The notes beneath the pieces are model-generated. The model was not told the DNA's origin, ran no database searches, and saw only the letters and a list, made by a program, of their open reading frames with translations. Both the position numbers and the translations under genes were made by a program. Source: Squalus acanthias (lineage: Eukaryota). Taken from it: a stretch of 64,000 bases of DNA. This document shows, piece after piece, positions 25,502 to 37,728 of this stretch. The stretch lies in contig JASTWF010000348.1 in assembly GCA_030390025.1 (NCBI GenBank), forward strand, positions 62,001 through 126,000, in the 5' to 3' direction. Position 1 is the stretch's first letter; the number at the start of each line of letters is the position of its first letter.

Positions 25502-25819
25502 TTGGCAACACGGTGGCATTGTGGTTAGCACTGTTGCCTCACAGCGCCAGGGACCTGGGTTCAAATCCGGCCACGGGTGACTGTCTGTGTGGAGTTTGCA
25601 CATTCTCCCTGTGTATGCGTGGGTTTCCTCCGGGTGCTCCGGTTTCCTCCCACAGTCCAAAGATGTGCGGGTTAGGTTGATTTGGCTATGATAAATTGAC
25701 CCTTAGTGTTAGGGGGATTAAATACGTGGGGAGAGGGTGGGATATGTGTCGGTGCAGGCTCGATGGGCCGAAATGGCCTCTATCTGCACTGTGGGGATTC
25801 GGTGATTCTGTGATTCTGT
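25502..25819 (+). mobile_element. tRNA-derived V-SINE (HE1-like)
   Basis: A/B-box head tggcattgtggttagca...ggttcaaatcc; V-domain tgtggagtttgcacattctcc...gggtttcctccgggtgctccggtttcctcccaca; CR1-like tail; TSD GACCC. Confidence 0.88.
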
Positions 25820-27799
25820 GACCCACCATCCGTGGTTAACTAAAAAAGTTAAAGATAGTATCAAACTTAAAGAAAAAGCATATAATTGTGCAAAGATGGG
25901 TGGCAGGTCAGAAGATTGGACAGAATATAAAAAACAGCAAAGAATGAGTAAAAGGTTAATAAGGAGGGAAAAATTAGAGTACGAGAGAAAGCTAGCTAGA
26001 AATATAAAAACAGATAGTAAGAGTTTCTATAGATATTTTAAAAAGAAGAGTTAACAAAGTGAGTGTTGGTCCTATAAAAAGTGAGTCTGGGGAATTAATA
26101 ATGGAAAATAAGGAGATGGCAGTTGAATTGAACAGGTATTTTGCATCGGTCTTCACTATAGAGGATACAAGTAACATCCCAGAAATAGCTGTAAATCAGG
26201 AAATGGAAGGGAGGGAGGAACTCAAGAAAATTACAATCACCAGGGAAGTGGTACTGAGCAAATTGTTGGAGCTGCGGGCTGAAAAGTCCCCAGGTCCTGA
26301 TGGACTTCACCCTGGGGTCTTAAAAGAAGTGGCTAGTGAGATAGTTAATGCGTTGGTTTTAATTTTCCAAAATTCCCTAAATTTGGGGAGAGTTCCATTA
26401 GATTGGAAAATAGCGAATGTAACTCCTTTATTCAAAAAGGGAGGGAGACAGAAAGCAGGAAACTACAGGCCAGTTAGCTTAACATCTGTCATAGGGGAGA
26501 TGTTAGAAGCTATTATTAAAGACGTTATAGCAGGGCACTTAGAAAAGTTCAAGGTAATCAGGCAGAGTCAACATGGTTTTGTGAAAGGGAAATCATGTTT
26601 AACCAATTTATTGGAGTTCTTTGAGGAAGTAACATGTGCTGTGGATAAAGGGGAGCCGGTGGATGTACTGTACTTAGATTTCCAGAAAGCATTTGATAAG
26701 GTGCCACATCAAAGGTTGTTGCGGAAAATAAAAGCTCATGGTGTAGGGGGTAACATATTGGCAGGGATAGAAGATTGGCTAGCTAACAGGAAACAGGGTC
26801 ATTTTCTGATTGGCAAGATGTAACGAGTGATGTGCCACAGGTGATCAGTGCTGGGGCCTCAACTTTTTACAATTTATATAAATGACTTGGATGAAGGGAC
26901 CGAAGGTATGGTTGCTAAATTTGCTGATGACACAAAGATAGGTAGGAAAGTAAATTGTGAAGAGGACATAAGGAGGCTACAAAGGGATACAGATAGGTGA
27001 AGTGAGTGGACAAAGATCTGGCAAATGGAGTATAATGTGGGAAAATGTGAAATTGTCCATTTTGGCAGGAAGAATAAAAAAGAAGCATATTATCTAAATG
27101 GTGAGAGATTGCAGAGCTCTGAGATGCAGAGGGATCTGGGTGTCCTAGTGCATGAATCGCAAAAGGTTAGTATGCAGGTACAGCAAGTAATTAGGAAAGC
27201 TAATAGGATGTTATCGTTTATTGCGAGGGGAATTGAATACAAAAGTAGGGAGGCTATGCTTCAGTTATACAGGGCATTGGTGAGACCACATCTGGAGTAC
27301 TGAGTACAGTATTGGTCTCCTTATTTAAGGAAGGATATAAATGCGTTGGAAGCAGCTCAGAGAAGGTTTACTAGACTAATACCTGGAATGGGCGGGTTGT
27401 CTTATGAGGAAAGGTTGGACAGGCTAGGCTTGTATCTGCTGGAGTTTAGAAGAGGAAGAGGTGACTTGATTGAAACATCTAAGATCCTGAGGGGTCTGGA
27501 CAGGGTGGATGTGGAGAGGATGTCTCCTCTTGTGGGAGAATCTAGAACCAGGGGTCACTGTTTAAAAATAAGGGGTCGCCCATTTAAGACAGAGATGAGG
27601 AGAAATTTTTTCTCACAGAGGGTGGCGAGTCTTTGGAACTCTCTTCCTCAGAGGGCGGTGGAAGCAGAGTCTTTGAATATTTTTAAGGCAGAGGTAGATA
27701 GATTCTTGGTAAGCAAGGGGGGTGAAAGGTTATCGGGGGTAGGCGGGAATGTGGAGTAATCAGATCAGCCATCTCCTGCTCCTAATTCGTATGTTCGTA

Positions 27800-28305
27800 G
27801 GAGGCAGTTCAGAGAAGGTTCACCAGGTTGATTCCTGAGATGAAGGAGTTGTCTTATGAGGAAAGGTTGAGCAGGTTGGGCCTATACTCATTGGAGTTTA
27901 GAAGAATGAGAGGTGACCTTATTGAAACATATTCTGAGGGGATTGACAGGGTCGATGCTGAGAGGATGTTTCCCCTCGTGGGGGTATCTAGAACTAGGGG
28001 TCACAGTCTCAGGATAAGGGGTCGCCCATTTAAGACAGAGATGAGGAGGAATTTCTTCTCTCAGAGGGTCGTGAATCTTTGGAATTCTTTACCCCAGAGG
28101 GCTGTGGAGGCTAAGTCAGTGAATATATTCAAGGCTGAGATAGACATATATTTGAGCTACAGGGGGAGTCAAGGGTTATGGGGAACGGGCAGGAAAGTGG
28201 AGTTGAGGCCAAAATCGGATCAGCCATGATCTCATTGAATGGCGGAGCAGGCTCGAGGGGCCGAATGGCCTACTCCTGCTCCTATTTCTTATGTTCTTAT
28301 GTCTA
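27800..28305 (+). mobile_element. CR1 3' fragment
   Basis: SYEERLSRLGLYSLEFRRMRGD...TRGH...; CR1 3' UTR. Confidence 0.85.
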
Positions 28306-28454
28306 TGAGGAATCAGCGTCAAAGTCAGCTCGTTAGCTTCTGAACAGCCTTTTAAACCTGCCTGAATACTCTGTGCCTTAAAACCCAGCAATTAAAGTAA
28401 CTCTTTTTCTCAACTCTTTCTGGGGAAAAATATTTAAACGTTCCCAAAATGGAA

Positions 28455-29100
28455 CATGTCAACTCCCTCCATCCCGGCTTCGTCCCTCCCTATCTCTGTG
28501 ACCTCCTCCAGCCCCACAACCCTCCGAGATCTCTGCACTCCTCCAACTCTGGCCTCCCATCTTCCACCCTCCATAAACCTGTGCTCATCCAAAACTCGGC
28601 TGCCCCGTGTCCTAACTCGCACCAAGTCCCGTTCGCCCATCACCCCCTGTGCTCGCTGAATCTACATTGGCTCCCGGTTAAGCAACGCCTCGATTTTAAA
28701 ATTCTCATCTGTGTTTTCAAATCCCTCCATGGCCTCGCCCCCTCCCTATCTCTGTAATCTCCTTCAGCCCCACAACCGCCCCGAGATATCTGCGCTCCTC
28801 CAACTCTGGCCTCTTGAGCATCCCCCGATTTTAATCGCTCCACCATTGGCGGCCGTGCCTTCAGCTGCCTGGGCCCCAAGCTCTGGAATTCCTTCCCTAA
28901 ACCTCTCCGCCTCTCTCTACCTCTCTCTCCTCCTTTAAGACGCTCCTTAAAACCTACCTCTTTGACCAAGCTTTTGGTCACCTGTCCGAATAGCTCCTTA
29001 GATAGCACAATGTCAAATTATGCTTGATAACCCTTCTGTGAAGTGCCTCGGAACATTTTTTACGATGTTAAAGTCCCTATATAAATGCGAGTTGTTGTTA
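28455..29100 (+). mobile_element. L2-type LINE 3' fragment
   Basis: IQNSAA...HITP.L..LHWLPVKQRLDFKIL...LHGLAP motif; tail ctatataaatgcgagttgttgtt. Confidence 0.8.
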
Positions 29101-29124
29101 TTGTCAAACGCTGTCAACCATTAC

Positions 29125-29185
29125 CTGACATGGCACCACGCGATGCGGGTCCTGATGGCTGGTAGTTGGTCGTCTCGTCTAGTGC
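29125..29185 (-). CDS. ripk3: RIPK3 exon E (linker)
   Basis: Acceptor ctttctttctcaacag, donor CAG|gtaatg; 61 nt, phase 0->1. ALDETTNYQPSGPASRGAMS. Unique sequence island among repeats. Confidence 0.75.
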
Positions 29186-29307
29186 CTGTTGAGAAAGAAA
29201 GTACGGTTTTGATTGATTTTTTATTTTTTTAAGGAAAAGTTTCATTTCCCTTCACCCCCACCGCCCCCCACCCCCCCAACCCCCTATTCCTTCACCCGTA
29301 GGCACAT

Positions 29308-29848
29308 CACATAGAAACATAGAAACATAGAAGATAGGAGCAGGAGTAGGCCATTCGGCCCCTCGAGCCTGCTCCGCCATTCGATGAGATCATGGCTGAT
29401 CATCCAAACTCAGTACCCTGTACCTGCCTTCTCCCCATATCCCTTGATACCTTTAGCTTTAAGAAATATATCTAACTCATTCTTCAATATATTTAATGAC
29501 TTGGCCTCAACTACCTTCTGTGTAGAGAATTCCACAGGTTCACCACTCTCTGGGTGAAGAAATTCCTCCTCATCTCAGTCCTAAATGGCTTACCCCGTAT
29601 CCTTAGATTATGACCCCTGGTTCTGGACTCTCCAACCATCGGGAACATTCTTCCTGCATCTAGTTTGTCCAGACCGGTCAGGAATTTTATATGTTTCGAT
29701 GAGATCCCCTCTCATTCTTCTAAACTCCAGCGAGTAGAAGCCCAATCGACCCAATCTCTCCTCGTATGTCATTCCTGCCATCCCAGGTATCAGCCTTGTG
29801 AATCTTCGCTGAACTCCCTCCATGGCAAGAACATCCTTCCTCAGATAA
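29308..29848 (-). mobile_element. CR1 3' fragment
   Basis: LRKDVLAMEGVQRRFTRLIPG; (catagaaa)n tail on + strand. Confidence 0.88.
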
Positions 29849-30167
29849 GTCACCCGAGAGGCCCCCCGCTGTCCTCCCCCAACTGTGAGCCCGGGCAGTG
29901 AGTGTCGGTAAGGTGCCCGTTCCCTACGACCGAGCTCCACTTCTGAGGAGATGCCTGGAAGATGAAGGCCTAGGGCCTGGGGGCCTGGGGCCTAGTCCCG
30001 CTCTGCTGGGAGAAGAGATTGGCAGCAGCCCCACCACCACCACCCCCTAAATGAGAGTGAGACCCACTTCCATTGTCAATGTGGACATCTGGCCAGGGGT
30101 CAACTGGAGCTGTTCAGTTGGTTGTTTCCAGCAAGCTGAAAGGCCCCCAGTTGCGGCGGTCATTGAC

Positions 30168-31452
30168 CGGGTGTCAGTCGTGGCTTGGTGGGTCTCACTC
30201 TCAGTGGGCCCCTTGAGTCAGAAGGTCGTGGAGGCGGGTTTGGAGGCGTGTGGGGGGTTAAAGTTGCAGATTCGGGGGTCCCGAAGCCAACCCGCCCCCA
30301 TGCCAGTTTCGCTGGAGGCGGGTACCCGACCTGTGCTGGGACCCGCCTCCCCCGAGGCAGGAAGGGGATTAGTGGCAATGAACTGCCTGTTAACAGCTAG
30401 TTAACAGGCAGTTTTTTGCCTAATCCCTATTTTAAAAGCTGAAATGTGGGCTTCCCGACAGGTCCCAACCACGCCAAGTTAGCGGGGCGGGCCGTGGGTC
30501 TGCAGGGGTTGGAGGGGTCGATATGTCCGGTGGGCAGGTGAGTGATGGGTGCATGTGTGCAGAGGTAAGTGTGTAAGGTAAGTGTAAAGTGTGGGAAAAA
30601 GTTTTACTTACCTTAACTTCCTCCTGCAGGTGTCAGCCCTTCAGTTCTTGGGAGTCAGAAATCTCACCGGCACAGAAAGCAGAATGACCGTGGTGCTGTC
30701 AAAAGCTGCAGCCTTCTGCTTTCTGTGCTGGAATGATTTCTAACTCAGCCTGAGAGGAAGAACTCAAGTTAGAAGACAGATTGTCAGTGTTTGACAGCTT
30801 CACAGAGCTGTCAAACGTTGATATTTCATCTGTCAAAAGCTCTTGACAGATGAAATGTCAATCTGTGACGTCACCTGTTGCCGGGTGGCCCTTAATTGGC
30901 CTGCTGAGCCCACTGGGCGGGCTCAACAAGGTCAATCAAGGGAAAGTGCAGTGGGTTGGCCACAAGTCGATGGAGGCGGGACTACAACCCAAAAAGTGGG
31001 AGTCCCGACTCCATCACGTCCCCAGTATCAAAACCCAGCCCTCAAGGTCCATAATCCAGGGCCGACACTCCCGGTGCCCATACTGAGGAAGCTCCGCTGC
31101 ACTGTGGGAGGTGCCCGTCTTTCGGATGAGACGTCAAACCCAGGGACCCCGTCTCCCCTCTCAGGTGGGACGTAAAAGATCCCGCGGCCACTATTTGGAA
31201 GGAGAGCAAGGGGTGGGAGTTCTCCCCGGTGTCCTGGGGGCCCAATATTTATCCCCCCGACCGACATCGCTAAAACAGATGACCTGGTCATTTGTCGCAT
31301 TGCTGTTTGTGGGAGCTTGCTGTGCGCGAATTGGCTGCCCGCGTTTCCTACATTACAACAGCGACTGCACGTCAAAAAAAAAAGTGCTTCATTGGCTGTG
31401 AAGCGCTTTGGGGGGGTCCTGAGGTGGTGACAGGCGCTGTAGAAATGCAATT
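30168..31452 (+). mobile_element. Deu-domain SINE (SacSINE1/AmnSINE-like) interrupted by a MITE-1 relative at about 30226-31041
   Basis: Head ...tgagtcagaaggtcgtgg; body ggaggtgcccgtctttcggatgagacg...aaaagatccc...cattgctgtttgtgggagcttgctgtgcgc; insert ends aaaacccagccc. An inverted fragment of the same SINE is at about 5455-5540. Confidence 0.75.
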
Positions 31453-32077
31453 ATAAAAAAAATATTGGGGATGGTTGGAAAAGGCTCTTTGACTAATGGT
31501 CTAAAGCCTCATCCAATCGAGCAATGGAGTCTGTTCGCTTTCCGATTGGCGCAGGCCTTTGGTGCCCTGTCAGGATGGATGCTTTTGGGATGGCCAATGG
31601 TGGGGGGGGGGGGGGGGCTGGAGGTCAGGTGATGAAAACCTCCAGGAATACATCCAGCCAGGGTTGGTGACCCTAAAGTGGGCCCCTTCAGTTGATACCG
31701 CAGTCCGTTCAGGCGCGTCAAGTGTCCATGGTGGCTCCCTCCTCCTCCCCCGCTGCACGGAATGATGGGTAACGAAAGGGCTATCTGAACGCGAAATTCC
31801 CCGGCCTTTCACCCCACTGTTGAGTTGCCGCGACGACCATTTTTTGTTCCCCTTCTCGGACCGCACTGATGGCCGCCTTACGGGTTGCCGCGGAGACGGG
31901 GCCCTAATCTCTCTCGCCCGTGCAACCCATCTACTCTACGCTGGATTAGTCCCACACCTCCTCCGCTACCCCTGCTAGCCCCCCTTTCATCAGCCTTCCC
32001 CTCGCTGCCGAGTTGGAAGTGAGGGCCTCAGGCACAGTGGCCTGTGGAAGGCCTCGTCTTCATGGAGACTCACTGAC

Positions 32078-32160
32078 CCGTGGTCCGTTTCCCACGCACA
32101 GGCCAGCCGCTGCGGGTGGAGGAGATTCAGGCCCCATGGTCTGTTCGGTACGGAGCTCCC
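32078..32160 (-). CDS. ripk3: RIPK3 exon D (Pro-rich linker)
   Basis: Acceptor tcttgtctcaacag; donor CGG|gtcagt gives 83 nt, phase 1->0. An alternative donor gtgagt lies 4 nt further (exon end 32074). GELRTEQTMGPESPPPAAAGLCVGNGPR. Confidence 0.72.
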
Positions 32161-32197
32161 CTGTTGAGACAAGATCACAGATTAGGAACACAGGAAC

Positions 32198-33160
32198 AGC
32201 ATAGAAGCATAGAAGATAGGAGCAGGAGTAGGCCATTCGGCCCCTCGAGCCTGCTCCGCCATTCAATGCGATCATGGCTGATCATCCAAATTCAGTACCC
32301 TGTCCCTGCTTTCTCCCCATATCCCTTGATCCCTTTAGCCTTAAGAAGTATATCCAACTCCTTCTTGAATCTATTTAATGAATTGGCCTCTACTGCCTTC
32401 TGTGGTAGAGAATTCCACAGGTTCACCACTCTCTGGGTGAAGAAATTCCTCCTCATTTCTATCCTAAATGGCTTACCCCTTATCCTTAGACTGTGACCCC
32501 TGGTTCTGGACTCTCCGACCATCGGGAACATCCTTCTGCATCTAGTTTGTCCTGTCCTGTCAGAATTTTGTACGTTTCAATGAGATCCCCTCTCATTCTT
32601 CTAAACTCCAGCGAGTATAAGCCCAAGCGACCCAATCTCTCCTCATACGTCATTCCTGCCATCCCAGGTATCAGCCTTGTGAATCTTCGCTGAACTCCTT
32701 CCATGGCAAGAACATCCTTCCTCAGATAAGGCGACCAAAACTGCACACAGTACTCAAGGTGCGGTCTCACCAAGGCCCTGTACAACTGCAGCAAGACATC
32801 CTTGTTCCTGTACTTGAACCCTCTCGCTATGAAGGCCAACATACCATTTGCCTTCTTAACTGCCTGCTGCACCTGCATGCTTACCTTCAGCGACTGGTGC
32901 ACAAGGACACCCAGGTCTCGTTGCACTTCCCCTTCTCCCAATCTATTGCCATTCAGTCGGCCATTGAGCCCCTCGAGCCTGTCCCGCATTCAATGTGAAC
33001 ATGGCTGATCTGTGACCTAACGTCACATACCCGCCTTTGGCCCATATCCCCTTAATACCTTTGGTTAATAAAATTCTATCAATCTCAGATTTAAAATTAA
33101 CAATTGGCCGAGCATCAACTGTTGTTTGCGGAAGAGAGTTCCAAACTTCTACCACCCTTT
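32198..33160 (-). mobile_element. Two adjacent CR1 3' fragments; the second probably resumes at 37306-37525
   Basis: ORFs 32292-32989 (QRDLGVLVHQSLK...RPHLEYCVQFW); a second 3' UTR at 32960-33160 is cut at 33161. Confidence 0.82.
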
Positions 33161-33433
33161 GGGCGCGATTTTCCCGTTGGAGGCGGGTTTTGGTTTGGGT
33201 GGGTTCCAAACCCCCCTCCACTGAGAGGTGGGAAAAATTTGCAATTTTCCCCTAATTGGCCAGTTGATTTCAGAGGTGTGAGTTCCCCTGGGCCAATTAG
33301 TCTTTTGGGACTGAAACTCGCCTCTGCTGACGTCACTTATCCAGCTTCATTTAAGGGCTGCTTGCTGCCTTGGCTCATTCCACTGGTTTTTGGTCGATGC
33401 TGCACCACCTCCAAGCTGTTATCTCCTTGAAGA

Positions 33434-33600
33434 ATGGCCAGCTCCAAGGCAAGGGCCTCCCCGAGGTTCTCGGATGAGGCGCTGGGTATGCTGGTCGAGG
33501 GGGGGCGAGAGCTAGCAGGGAGGTGCTCTTCCCTTCATCTGGGAGGAAGAGGCCTCCCAAAGAAACCAAGGCTGTGTAGGTCTAGCTGGCAAGGGATATA
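33434..33600 (+). pseudogene. Harbinger Myb/SANT-like DNA-binding protein remnant
   Basis: MASSKARASPRFSDEALGMLVEG/../REVLFPSSGRKRPPKETKAV*V*LARDI resembles the R.PRFS..EL..LV..V....LF....W..IA pattern; carries a frameshift and stops. Confidence 0.65.
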
Positions 33601-34493
33601 GGGGGAGAAATTCAGTATCGCCCCATTTGGGGCGCAATTATTGGCCGGGCGCAAAGATTAGCGCCTGGCGCTAATTATCGCCACCGACTGCAAACTTGAC
33701 TTTTATCGCCCCTGGAGGTGATTGCAGCGCTATATCAGGCGCTTCACACCTGTCTTAAGGCGCAAATGCCGAGGAGCAAGGTGCTACCTCAGAGCGCTGG
33801 CGAAGCTCATGTGATGTCAGTCAGCAATGGAACACACACACAATGGCACCGGCCAGTTCTTAAAGGGGATGGTTAATCTTGCTTTCCATCCACATCCTGC
33901 TCATTGCAGCCTTGAATCTCGGCCTGGAGAGACCCGCACATCAAATGTGCTGGAAAGAACAATGGAGAGTACCAGGCAAAGAGCTCAGAGTGCAGCCCCC
34001 ACAGTCTCTGCTAAATCGATACAAGGAATGGCAAATCAAAATGAACCTGCAAAGTGCTGCTCAGTACCCAAAACTCCTTCACACAACGTTGAATCTCTCC
34101 AGAAGTCTCTCCCTCTCTCTCTCAGAATGCGTAGTTCAAAAATGGCACCAACAATAAAAGGCAGGAAGCGGACACCTTTAAATAGCGCTCCCCCTTTCTC
34201 TTCATGACTGCAGAACGCTCCCCTCAACCTGTTGTTGCTAGCATCAGGCGGTAAGGCAGGGGGCGCCACTCAATATCCGCTCCGGGGCGATACCGGGGCG
34301 TTGCGCACTCGAGTGACGTCATGATCTGCCGGCGCAGGAGATCGTGGTGGTAGTGTTTAGCGCCGCCGCAAAATGTCTAGTTAATTTCGCGAGCGGCGCA
34401 AACTTCGCCGCGCCTGGGCGCTAGATGCTTTGCGCCCCATTAGCGCCCTCTTAAGGCGCTAACGGGAGGCGCAACCAACTGAATTTTTCCCCC
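33601..34493. mobile_element. MITE family 2, complete copy
   Basis: TIR gggggagaaattcagt / actgaatttttccccc; 3-bp TSD ATA. Confidence 0.88.
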
Positions 34494-34758
34494 ATAACCT
34501 CCAGATCTGTGTGCAGATTGGGTGATTGTTTCTGTTTATTGATGAAATGCCATCCCTGTGGGAATGTATTAAAATTAGGTGATGGCAAACCGTTGGCGTG
34601 ATGGCATCTGTTATTTCAGCTTAGGCAGCTCCACATTACGGGCTCCGCGACACTTGCGTGGTCAGGTTGGTGGTCAGAGTGAAAGGAGGCCAGAGAGTCA
34701 TGTCCATTGCCTATCATGGGTTAAGAAGGAGCCAAGCACATGGGCCACAATGGACAAT

Positions 34759-34965
34759 CTATGCAAATCTGGCCAGGATGAGTGCATTCCTTGCACGACG
34801 TGCTTCCATGCGCTGGCGCCTTCTGCCCTGTGCAGCATCAGGTGGGTGAGCAGGAGGTCGGCGCTCCTGCTGCTGTTGCTGCTGAGCTGCCTGGTTCTGC
34901 TGCTGCCGTGGCTGCTCCTCATCTGATTCTGAGGTCCACGGTGAAAGGAAATAAATGGTTCCCAT
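34759..34965 (-). pseudogene. Probable deleted Harbinger transposase remnant (N- and C-termini fused)
   Basis: MGTIYF...SDEEQ...MEARRARNALILARFA*. The C-terminus resembles the 'R..R..LI...F*' ending of HARBI1-type transposases; no DDE core present. Confidence 0.45.
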
Positions 34966-34995
34966 GCTGCTGGCAGATACCTCCGTTGGGGAAGC

Positions 34996-36837
34996 TGAAA
35001 GGATTCGCAAAATTTCATGTACATAGAACATAGAACAGTACAGCACAGTACAGGCCCTTCGGCCCTCGATGTTGTGCCGAGCATTGTCCGAGACCAAGAT
35101 CAAGCTATCCCACTCCCTATCATTCTGGTGTGCTCCATGTGCTTATCCAATAACCGCTTGAAAGTTCCTAAAGTGTCCGACTCCACTATCACAGCAGGCA
35201 GTCCATTCCACACCCCAACCACTCTCTGAGTAAAGAATCTACCTCGGACATCCCTTCTATATCTCCCCCCATGCACCTTATAGTTATGCCCCCTTGTAAC
35301 AGCTGCCTCTACCCGAGGAAATAGTCTCTGAACATCCACTCTATCTATCCCCCTCATCATCTTATAAACCTCTATTAAGTCGCCTCTCATCCTCCTCCGC
35401 TCTAAACAGAAAAGCCCTAACTCCCTCAATCTTTCCTCATAAGACCTCCCCCCCAAACCAGGCAGCATCCTGGTAAATCTCCTTTGCACTCTTTCCAATG
35501 CTTCCACGTCCTTCCTATAGTGAGGTGACCAGAACTGCACACAATATTCCAAATGTGGTCTCACCAAGGTCCTGTACAGTTGTAGCATAACCTCACGGTT
35601 CTTAAACTCAAACCCCTTGTTAATAAACGCTAACACACCATAGGCCTTCTTTACTGCTCTATCCACTTGAGTGGCAACCTTCAGAGATCTGTGGATATGA
35701 ACCCCCAGATCCCTCTGTTCCTCCACGTTCCTCAGAACCCTGCCGTTGACCCTGTAATCCTTATTCAAATTTGCCCTACCAAAATGAATCACCTCGCACT
35801 TATCAGGGTTAAATTCCATCTGCCATTTTTCGGCCCAGCTCTGCATCCTATCCTATGTGTCCCTCCCCGAAGATTTTATTGGACTTATTAAAAGGAACCC
35901 TGGTCAGACTGAGTTTTAAAATCCAGGGCATGGCTGCGGTCAGACCTCGTGACCAAGAGCCTGGCAGTTTTCATTTCAGACGCTGGCAAACTATCAGCTT
36001 GTGTATTCCGATGCATTGGGACAAACCCAATTACAATCAGGTCTACGCATAAGGCTTTCAAGGTGTTTGCTCAAATAATCAGCGGGGACATTGAGACTGG
36101 GCTGGCCCATCATCGAACCTGTCGGACAAAGGGGAGCAGTTGAAGAACTGGCATGATACAATTACCGGCCATCTAACATGATGGGCCAAGATCGGAACCT
36201 TTTGTTAAAATTCGTTATGCCCAGATCAGAACACTAGAAATGAGCTGATCTGGCGGGAGATTAGGACGACCGGGAGGGTATAACTGGGAAGACCCAGCCA
36301 CTCGCTCGCTCTCTCTCTCTGCCTGGGTCCCGGTTCACCCTGTCTGTCTGCTAGCAGCCAAGAAAGAAGACTATCCAGAAACTTCGTAGCCACGTTTCGA
36401 CGGCAGAGACACGGTACAGGGCCAGGTTTTTCCATCCATTTCACCGGTGAGCATTATCTTTCTTCTGGCTGTCGCAAGACAATTTTAGTTAGGCGTAAGG
36501 GTGGGAATTAATGGGGATATTGCTAAAATTGTAATTTTAGGATTTTCCCTCGATGTGTCCGTTTCTCCTCCCATGTTAAGTGTAAAACCGTACTGCATAG
36601 TGATTTTTTTTTCTTCATATGATACTGTTTCTCTGTAGTTTCACTTCTGTAAATAAACATTGGTTTTCCTCGCACCAATCCACGGGTCTGTTCGTTTGTC
36701 CTTATCACCGCTCGATAAGTCCTGGGCTCAGAACTAGGAAGGGGATAGCGATTCGCAACCGCACAGCGGGCAGAACAGCCCAGGAAAACATAACTGGCTG
36801 ACCTACAAATAAGCCCCTGAGACAAAAACCCCTTACA
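34996..36837 (+). mobile_element. Solo LTR interrupted by a CR1
   Basis: Termini tgaaag...cttaca; 5-bp TSD GAAGC (34991-34995 / 36838-36842); AATAAA at about 36652; both ends resemble the LTR at 5861-7964. Confidence 0.8.
35021..35850 (-). mobile_element. CR1 3' fragment
   Basis: Open ORF 35100-35846 (WAEKWQMEFNPDKCEV...RGD...TRGH); (catagaa)n tail. Confidence 0.92.
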
Positions 36838-37728
36838 GAAGCGCTCAGTCCAAGCGGGGAGAGGGTCTTCCAAGGAGGCCCCACAGTTGAGAGATAGAAG
36901 CTGCAGCACCTCCGACTTCGGCAGGCCTGCTAAAAGTGCTGAAAGACCTTTGGAACAAAAGTTCTGCCGCCTGCAACTGCTCCCTGATGAAAGCTCCGTT
37001 TTAATGGTGGAGCTGCAGCTGTGAGGAGGCCACCCACTTGTCAACCCGCCAGGATCAGCTGGCGTGGTTTAGGAGGGCCGTGCAACACGCACAAAATGTG
37101 ATAAAATAACGAAGGCCTGTCAAAATAGGATTGTAGAGGCCCTTAACCACTATTTAAGGGTCTTCACTACCTCTCCCGACTGATGGAGGCGGGACCGAAT
37201 CGCACCCGTCAAACCCGCCTCCGGCAAAATTGCGCGGAGGCGGGTTCCGAACCCGCCCTCAGTTTTTGCCATTTTGCCAACTGTCCCTCCTCCAAACCCG
37301 CCTCCTTAACCATCTAAATTCCAGGGAATAGAACCCTAGTTTGTGTAATCGCTCCTCCTGATTTAACCCTTGGAGTCCGGGCATCATTCTGGTAAAACCT
37401 ACGCTGCACTCCCTCCAAGGCCAATATATCCTTCCTAAGGTGTGGTGCCCAGAACTGCTCACCGTACTCCAGGTGTGGTCGAACCAGGTCTTTGTACAGC
37501 TGCAGCATAACCTCTACCCCCTGCATTGGTGAATGGCTTAGTTCTCAATCAAAGAGCGAGACCTTCATCCCCTCTATCAGGGGCTGGATTTGAACCGAAG
37601 GTGAAAGGTCAGTGTCTGACCCGCTGCCCCCCACCCAGTCTTGTTGGGGCGCGGATCCCCCGTTACGCTCGCTGCAGCAGAGTGCCCTGGGTCGGGAGTT
37701 GATGGAGGAACGGATGCCGACATCTCAC

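Larger units (their letters stand above)
20835..27800 (+). mobile_element. Long decayed CR1 LINE (host of nested insertions)
   Basis: APE endonuclease (LNAHCIRNK...DLIAITET, VYRPPN, MGDFN) continues at 25070 into RT (YRPVSLTS, DFQKAFDKVPH, KFADDTK), with stops and frameshifts. Confidence 0.9.
33161..37305. mobile_element. Decayed, internally deleted PIF/Harbinger transposon with nested inserts
   Basis: Left end gggcgcgattttccc; subterminal ggaggcgggttt / aaacccgcctcc inverted motif; Myb/SANT-like remnant on + and transposase-like remnant on -. Confidence 0.65.

Noticed and set aside
25502..25580. tRNA-like sequence
   Set aside because: Head of a V-SINE, followed by the V-domain and a LINE-like tail with a TSD; not a tRNA gene.
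30530..30630. Cluster of splice-like motifs (gtgagt, gtaagt x2, cttacc)
   Set aside because: Internal to a MITE-related element; no additional ripk3 exon is needed for phase.
31500..32000. Unique GC-rich stretch in ripk3 intron D-E
   Set aside because: No clear splice-bounded frame found; a further small exon cannot be excluded without RNA data.
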